From assembly GCF_009914755.1 (NCBI RefSeq), contig NC_060934.1: a stretch of 64,000 nucleotides of DNA; one strand, given 5' to 3'. The DNA is from the human T2T-CHM13v2.0 reference genome, Homo sapiens. The position numbers were made by a program, and so were the translations under genes. The notes beneath the pieces were generated by a model. The model did not search any database and had not been told where the DNA came from. It saw nothing but the letters and a program-made list of their open reading frames with translations. The number at the start of each line of letters is the position of its first letter. Position 1 is the stretch's first letter. This document shows, piece by piece, positions 55,401 to 64,000 of this stretch.

Positions 55401-57290
55401 AAAATTTGAAGTGAAGAGTGGAAAACATAGTTTTCTTTAAAGAGTGCACGGCCGTATGCACACACACACACACTGCATGCAAGCCTATGCGGAGTACATT
55501 TTATAAGACCCAGCAGTTGTATCTTTTCCCCAGTTGAAAAAAATGTGGCTTTGCAGGCACACAGATTACATTGCATTTGTGCATTCTGCATAAGACTGCT
55601 GGCTCCAGACAGTCTTAATTCTAATTAATACAAGTTCAGCTGCATCAGTGGGTGGAGGAAGAAAGACTAGAAATGAAGGAAGAAAATGAGATGTTAGCAC
55701 AAATGCCTATCACATTGTGAATATCTATTCATCTGCATAATATTGATGATACCAAATATGCAAACAGATGTTCCTCTCATTAAATTGTATATGCAAATAC
55801 TACTGGTAGGAGTGGTAATGTTGTCTGGGGGTTGAGAGATCACTGAGGGTAATTAAAGGTTAATCCAGTTTTCAGTTCACAGGCTATATGACAAGAGTGG
55901 TTGTAAAGAAAAATTGTCATTTAACCTTAATTCATTATCAATGGCATATGGATATTCTACTAAAATAACAAAAACATATATGTGCTAATCAATCCCCCAG
56001 CCCCTACAGTAGTTGATCACTAGCAACCATCAACAAAGACTTATTGTAAGTTGAGCGAAGTTGAGTGCTGCTATGCAAAGCATTGATAAGAAAAATTATA
56101 TTTCCTCAAAAAGTGTGTAGAACCCATCTAGAGTCATAATCTCTAAATTCAAATAGAAAAAAATCTGAAGTACCTACATCGCTACTCCCCATATGTAATT
56201 AAAAGCATTGTTTTAGATGACGAATGTGAGATATTGGAGGCTGCAATGACTTGACCTAGATTGCCCTGTTTTTCTTATTGGGTGAATTGAAAATAGTAAA
56301 TTGTTTGGAATATTTTTTGATGACAAAGTTTAACTCACCAGCTGGGGTATTTCCACTTGCCATTTTCCTGGGGTGGGGCGGGGAGTGGAACTAAGCAGTT
56401 GAGGTCATAAATGTTCAGAATTAGCAGGTCTGTAAGAAGAAATGCAAAGTCAGTATAAACTATGTATTTGTAGAAAGAGTTGGGAAATAGCAGAAGGAGA
56501 AAAGGTTTTCCTGCATCTGTGGAATAATAAAAGGGGATTTATTTCCTGATCAATAGTTACAAAGAGCTTACCTTTGGTTTAGTGGGAATTGGGGTTCTGA
56601 AAGGGTAATCTCCTCTCCCCTTTACTTCTTTAGTCCTTGATTCTACAACAAATGCACAGTTATTCACTCAGCATAAAGACCCACGCAAAGCTAGTGAGCA
56701 GAATACCTGAAGTCTCCATGCTCCTGTAAATGTAAAGCATGCCTTCTGCTCCGACCATTCAGAGATGCTGAACAGAGTGAAATCGAAAGTCTCATGGGCA
56801 AACTGGTCCCTAACATTTAATCCTCATTACACATTGAGTTATTTTTTTTTTTTACTTTTAGCTAAACTCAAATTTAATTTTAGTTCTCATGCCACCAGAA
56901 AAACCGAAGCTCCTTTCAAAGTTGCAATTCTACATTACATTTAATCAAATCTTGGAAATAAACCTAAAGCTCTATTTTCGCTCCTACTGTCTCATAGGAA
57001 ACAATGCTGGTTTAAGATGCTAAAAAAAATTGCCTTGGGAAAGAATGTATTTTTCAAGAAAATGGACTATGTTTAACTCACCCAAAACAGCTTTTCATAG
57101 AATTTTTACAATATTGACTTATGAGAAACCCCCAAATAGAAGATAGTCACTATAGTTCCAAAGGGAATAGGGAGATGGCTTACAACCCAGGGTGGTGGGT
57201 TTTGTCTGCACAATACCAACCCATTTAACTTGGTTTTTTTTTTTTTTTACCCCCACTACTTAATTTACTGATTTTTTTTCTTCTCATTTT

Positions 57291-57397
57291 ATTTATTTAT
57301 TTATTTATTTATTTATTTTTTATTGATCATTTTTGGGTGTTTCTCACAGAGGGGGATTTGGCAGGGTCATAGGACAATAGTGGAGGGAAGGTCAGCA
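57291..57397 (-). mobile_element. Severely 5'-truncated SVA (3' end of SINE-R) with (TAAA)n tail
   Basis: The reverse complement reads tgctgaccttccctccactattgtcctatgaccctgccaaatccccctctgtgagaaacacccaaaaatgatcaataaa, the SVA 3' terminus. TSD tcttctcatttt at 57279-57290 and 57398-57409. Confidence 0.92.
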
Positions 57398-59436
57398 TCT
57401 TCTCATTTTTTTACATCTCTACCAAACTGCTATTTGATTTCCAGCCAGGAAGTGGGTCTACCAAGTTTGAGAGGAAGACAGCCCATCCACCCCCACTGCT
57501 AGTAACCGAAGGGACCTGATGAATCCTCTTACTTACTATTTGACTATTTCTTAGCAGGAAGAGAAGGAGCAGGGTGTTTCCCAGGTCTACGCTTAAAGTG
57601 AGAGGGTGAGGAATAGTTAAGGCGCTGCCTGAGTTATTAGTACATAATATGTGCATTTTCCCCTGGGTAGATATTAAAAGATCTGATCACCTGCCCTCTC
57701 CTAGCTAATTCCGGGTAACATTTGGAGATCTCCAGCCCTACTCTCAGGAGGCTCTTTTGAAATAACGTGGCCCTGTGCTTCTCTATTTGTTAAGTAATTG
57801 AGAGGTAATAGTGATTATTCCACATTAAGAAGAAGTCAAATTCCCCTAGCAGCAAGCAGCTCCCATTAGCGGTGTGCTGCTTACACTAGCAGATAGGTGG
57901 TGTTGAGGCTGAATTTGGGGAGCTAGACTTTAGTTAGAAAACTTCAGACAGGATCCACTCATTTTACGAAAGGCAACAGAAACACACGTCCCACAGAGTA
58001 GAAGCCCTTGATTTTGAGTGATTCCTGGCTCCTTTCCCCACTGTCCTAAAATACAAGGGCTGTTTGTGGTTGATTTAGGCCATGTCAGTGACCTGAACCT
58101 CCTTATGACTCATTCTTGCTGGCCATCTCGGGTAAGCTTTGGTCCTGGCTTGCTAAGGTCTGATGAATCTGATACATCTGGGGCTCACCTGACTGCACAA
58201 GATCATGAAGATAAGCAATAAAGCTCGAACGACCCAAAGGAGAGGTCCAGCCGAGACATCTCAGGCAAAGTGCCCCGGGAGACCGTGTGAGGAGTGGCCA
58301 CTCTGACTTCAGGAAAACCACTCGACTGCACTGAGCTTCAACATCTTCAGCTGCAAGGCAGGAAAATAATAGTACTGTCCTCATATGACAGTTGAGATGA
58401 TTCGATGTTTTAAATACATATTTAAAGTATTTTAAGAAAATGTTTTAATTGAACTGCTAAGCATCCAATATTAAGGAAGCTAAAATGATAGTGATAATTA
58501 AGATTAGTAACATCAGCTTGAAACAGGTATGCTAGGGCCCTGTGAAGAGTTTCACTTAGAGAGTGTCTCTGGATGTTCCCAGTGTCGCAGCTGCATTATC
58601 CCTGCACAATGGGGTTGGGTTTCCATCCATTCAAAGACAGCAGCTGGGCACCTCATCAGATTTTAGGGGCATCTCTTTTAACAACATCCTATGGTCCTTA
58701 TAATGGTCTCCTTGGAGTCCCTGAGTTGCATGAAGAGATTGTCCTTAGCAGCTAAGTTCGATCTCTAAGAGGCAACATGATAGCTCACTTTCAAGCCAGT
58801 ATTGAGGTGGGCCCCAGGCAGTTTATATTAGAAATTCAAAAAGTGTGCGTATGCCCACAACCAAACCAAGTGCCATCTGCAAAACTGGTGTTCTCTAGGG
58901 TAATGTGGGGACTCTGGTGTTTCAAAGCTTACGTGCAAATGTCCCTTACTAGCTCTGAGTTGGCACACCACTTCACATCTCTAAGCTTCTAAGTGTCCTC
59001 ATCTGTAAAATGGCAAAGGATTGACATATGGACCACACAGCAATGCAGGGTAAACACTTTGCCAAGTGTCCAGTAGCATTAGAAATAGAGGGATTTGTAG
59101 TGTTGCATTCACCATGGCATCCTGGTGTCAGGCATCAATAATTGGAACACTGTGTCCACAGTGACACCACTATTCTTAAGCCTAATGGTTTGCTAATTTA
59201 ACTCATTAGGGGCTTTAAGCACTTGAAAGGGTGTTTAAAAACACAAACCAACAATTAGTCTTTGGGGACCAAAGAATAAATGCAAGCATAATGTATCACT
59301 TTTCCTGACTCAACAAGCACCATTTTGATGTGCTAATGGACCCTAGTGAAGGCAGTAATTTTCATTTAACAAAGCAAGCCACCAATCCAAATGCAAACTC
59401 CTCTACCCAGCTACAATCTCTGCTTCCCGTGAGTCA

Positions 59437-59889
<453 letters not shown>

Positions 59890-60138
59890 TCATCTACAAA
59901 ACAGGCACAATGTCACTTGCTACTCACCTCACAGGATGGTGAGGAATATGGTTTAATGTGGGCATAAAGGATAAAGCACCATTCAAAATTCAAAATCCTT
60001 GTATTCTGATACATTAACCTTTCGAGTAAGTGATACAGAAATTTATCCTGCCTCTATGAATTCAAGGAAAATAATGTGATCTCGAAGAGAAGAGGGAATC
60101 AGAGAAATGTATGTATGAAGTGGGTCTGCTTTGCACAA

Positions 60139-60489
60139 TTTTTGAAAGTTGTGACAAAATATACATAACATACAATTTACCATTTTAACCATTTTAAAGT
60201 ATTCTATTCAACAGCGTTTAAGACATTCACAGTGTTGTGCAACCGTCACCTCTATCTCATTTCAGAAATGTTCCTCACCCCCCAAGAAGGAAACCCTGTA
60301 CGCATCAAGCAGTCATTCCTCATTCTCCTCTCCCCCAGCCCCTGGAGACCTTTCATCTGCTTTCTGTCTCTATAGATTTGCCTGTACTAGACATTTCATA
60401 TGACTGGAAGCATATAATATGTGGTCTTTTGTGTTTGACTTGTTTTACTTAGTCTAATGTTTTCAAGGTTCGCCATGTTGTAACATGTA
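60139..60489 (-). mobile_element. L1MB 3' end fragment
   Basis: aatttaccattttaaccatttt...cattcacagtgttgtgcaacc...ctttctgtctctatagatttgcct. Confidence 0.85.
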
Positions 60490-60561
60490 CACTTTACACA
60501 ATTTTAAGCCTAATATTCTTTAAGCCATATATTCAAAATAAACAGCTTACAAAAATGATAA

Positions 60562-60782
60562 TCTAGCATTTATTCAGCACTTACTATGTGCCAGGCACTG
60601 AGTACTTTATATATGTGATCTCACATAATCCTTGCCAGATAAGTAGTCTCATTATCTCCATTTTACAGATGAGAACGCTAAAATTCAGAAATGTTAAGTG
60701 TCTTGTCCAAGATCACAAGGCAATTAAGTGGCTAAGAATCAAACCTGGTTTTCCAGAATCCAGAGCTCTTGCTGTTAATCAT
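60562..60782 (-). mobile_element. MIR
   Basis: cacttactatgtgccaggcactg...ccattttacagatgag...ccaagatcaca. Confidence 0.85.
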
Positions 60783-61553
60783 CACATTTGGTATTCACAC
60801 AGCCCAAGAGGACCAGGCCACAAAACACTGGAGTGTGGCCAGGTAGCAATTCTGGAGACCCCAGGGGGATCTGAGAAGGTTTACAGGGAAGGGCATCACA
60901 CAGAAACCTGGATCACCTCAAATCTTGCAAGTTGTATTCTGGCTGTCAGAGGCAACCAACTGGGGCCTGACTGGGGCAGAAATGCCCCAGGCATGGATGC
61001 CAGGACTGCCAGGCGGTGCCCCACATTCCCACACATCACTGTCCTTTCACTGAACACGACAAGATAGAGTGCAACCACTGGACAACATAAATGCTCTGGT
61101 CCCATTTCCGGTCATCCTCTGATGTCCAGGCTTGGCTGAGCCTGGAACAACTTGGACCTGGAAAAGTGTCATGTCTTTGGCTAAGTACCCCGTCAGCTTC
61201 CTCTTGCATGTTGCTCAAACACAGACACTAAAAAAACAGAAGACTAGAGCATTACACCCCACGATGTGACATAAAGAAATGTATAAAGCCCTAAGAGAAT
61301 TTTAGCGGCTGCAGGTGGGGACTCAGCCAGTGTTCAACAGGACTGTTGGTTACAAAAGAAGGAACTGATGTTTTGATCCGTGAGAAACTGATACTAAATC
61401 TTCAGTGTTAAGTGAAGATCTGCAAACATCTTCCTTTTCCTCTGCTGGTGCTGGATTCATAGGATAGATACCCCTCATTTTCAGCCATAGTCTTGTTATT
61501 CTTTAATCCACCTGACTGTAATGAATTTAAATGATATTGACAGAAACACGGTA

Positions 61554-61896
61554 CAGATTGAGTATCCCTTCACTGAAATGCCTGGGACCAGAAGTGTTTC
61601 AGATTTTAGACTGTTTTTGAATTTTAGAACATTTGCATGTACCTAGTGAGATATCTTGAGAATGGGACCCAAGTCTAAACACGAAATTCATTTATGTTTC
61701 ATATACATCTTATACACATAGCCCAAAGGTAATCTTATAAAATATATTAAATAATTTTGTATATGAAACAAAGTTTTGACCATGACCTGTCATATGAGGT
61801 CAGATGTGGAATTTTCCCCTTGTGTCAGGGCTCAGACACTTTTGAAGTTTGGAGCATTTCGGATTTTGGATTTTTGAATCTGAGATGCTCAATCTG
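61554..61896. mobile_element. Tigger4b/MER46 (Zombi) DNA transposon
   Basis: TIRs cagattgagtatc / gatgctcaatctg; TA flanks. Confidence 0.85.
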
Positions 61897-62914
61897 TATT
61901 ACGTGTAAAGAGCATGGAATGAAAGAAAAGGGACCACTGCGTGAATTCTGCCTTCTCTACTAAGGAAATGTAGAGAGACCTTGGGTATATCACTTGCCTT
62001 TTTGCAGATTTCCCACCTGAAAAACAGGCTTGACGAAGGGATTAGTGACTACTGCTCACAGTGCCTGTCTTCCAAGATTGTAGCAGCCAAGCTTCTCTCG
62101 AGAACATTTTGTTCAAGCACCTCATTGCATGCACTTGTTGATTTGCTGGTAGGGTGGCTGTGTGGAAGGCTGGAAGGGTATGACAGTCCTGCATTCATTC
62201 ACTCTGTGCCCTCAGCACATTCATTTCTTAACTTCCTGGAGACTGGATTTGTGCATCCATGAAATAGGAATCACGATTCCTCCCACCCAGCACTGTTGGG
62301 AAGATTGAGCACCTTAACTCAGTACACAGTGCCTGATGTGCAGAAGGCCCAGGCGATGTCGGTTCCTCTCCCTTCCCCCTGAGGGTTCCAAGACAAAAAG
62401 CACATCTCGATGTGATTTGATGCAGTCTGGCCAAAGTATCGTGATTTAAAGAACTGGCGCAAAAACAAAGCAAATTATATGCCATGGGCACCAGTTTCTG
62501 AACCGGTAGCAGGAAGGTTGGGGAGGGGGCGGTTGGCACAACGTGAAGTGGGAAGAAAGGCACAAAGATGTTCCAGTTTCAATGACATTGCCCTAAGTAA
62601 GCTGCCTTCTTTAAGTGGGGAAAAAAGACCTCAGTGGCTAGCATGTTTAGCTCACCTGATTATGGCTTACTCCCAGGGTTTATTTCTAAAAGCATAATTG
62701 ATTGAAGGGCATTGATCTATGAGAAACTAATGTCCTAATTCTGTGAGCATTAAGCAAAAACGAGGTATTTAACTTTAAAGCATTACCTGTAATTATCTTC
62801 CATTCCATATACTGATCTTTGAGTTGCAAGGTCCAACTTTCATTCTCATTTCCATGAAATCTGCACGAAGTCAGGAGAACCGGTGGAAAGAGGTTGAGAT
62901 TTGGATTGAAACCA

Positions 62915-63070
62915 TCTGTGTTTGAATTCGGGCTCCAGCATTTACTCTCCGTGTGACTTGAGTAAACCACTTAAGTGCCATAGTGGTTTACTCTGAGCCA
63001 TACTTTATTCATCTGTGAAATGGGGGCAATAATAATACCTCTCAGGGTTATTTTAGGTCTCAAATGAGGG
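62915..63070 (+). mobile_element. MIR
   Basis: gtttgaattcgggctcc...gtgtgacttgagtaa...catctgtgaaatggggg...aataatacctctcaggg. Confidence 0.7.
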
Positions 63071-63272
63071 AAAAGATGCCCGCATTCTGTCTTTAAAGCA
63101 GCATTCACCCTGAGGAGTCCCTGAGCCCATTTCTCACTTTGGGGCCCAGCAGCCAGGGCAGCTAGGGGTGGTGGGTAGGAGAGGGTAGTGGGGGGCATGG
63201 CAAAAAGCAGAACTTGGTGCAGTCATTTTTCAATTGTCCAAAAATATATTCTTTCCAGAACTGTTCCCTGGC

Positions 63273-63274
<2 letters not shown>

Positions 63275-63302
<28 letters not shown>
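63275..63302. repeat. (TG)14 microsatellite
   Basis: Direct inspection. Confidence 0.97.
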
Positions 63303-63303
<1 letters not shown>

Positions 63304-64000
63304 TCTGAAGTGGATGAAATTTGTCAACAAAATCTTTACTAAAAATGGAACTTCTGCACATCTAATTGCAGAATTTTGCTAAATAAAACCGAAGATATCT
63401 TGCCTGTCTCCAGGCATATCCGAGGGGATTAATTTGTCACCCTTCAAAAACAATTCTTTGGAGGAATACCCTCTTTGATTCTCTATTCTCACATTAATTA
63501 GTAGTAGAAGGAACACCGCACACACTTGGTGGAGGAGGAACTAAGAGAAACACATTTGCCACCCCTCTCAAAGGGGAGAAACAACAAGGAGAGAGCACTG
63601 GGGTACGAAGTTCAGCACCATCTGGAGGGGAGGGGAGTACAGCAATGGCCGAAGTCTCCGGTACTCGTCACTGGCTGCACAACGCCAGCCAGCCATCGTT
63701 ATTTGCTAGAGAAGCTTTGTAGGCTGTGTTTAGTAAAAAATATTTTTTTAAGCCTAAGTTCCAAGGGCAAATGCTTTTGAGAATAAAATGAAGACATAGT
63801 TGATTTATTTATTTTTAGTGACTATGGGGGAAGTTGATATTGGAACCAAACTCCAAATCAGAATTTGAGATTATTGTTGAGGTCAAACATTGAATACTAC
63901 TTGTACTTTTGATAATTGTCTGATTGATTTTTTTCTGATCCAAGTATTTATCCAAAGATATTTTTGATTCAGATTTGTGTTTACTGTGATGAGTTTGTAA

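Noticed and set aside
60588-61067. 159-aa ORF
   Set aside because: Starts at a non-ATG codon inside a MIR; no homology recognised.

Overview
Human/primate genomic DNA (Alu, L1, L2/MIR, MaLR LTR and DNA-transposon fossils, CpG-depleted). I recognise the 5' part as the 3' portion of the lncRNA gene CASC2 (chr10q26, EMX2/RAB11FIP2 region) on the + strand. A Kozak-context ATG at 2175, spliced from 2330 to 8167, reconstructs a 102-aa putative ORF matching my recollection of the CASC2a product. The rest is intronic or intergenic. It has no credible protein-coding gene, and nearly all ORF-track entries are repeat-derived or random. I see no multi-gene novel system. The best unexplained structures are: (1) a 216-bp-arm, ~91% identical, ungapped non-Alu inverted repeat at 14014-14489; (2) a diverged ~300-bp direct duplication at 44464/45444 with a 95%-identical motif-rich core; (3) two competing CASC2 splice donors that would switch between a 102-aa ORF and an NMD-type 58-aa ORF; (4) a tailless Y3-RNA retrocopy inside a MER44; (5) a ~78-bp truncated SVA and a young AluYk-type insertion; (6) a strong CTCF motif in a CpG-retaining patch. 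Repeat subfamily names come from remembered consensus sequences and need RepeatMasker confirmation.
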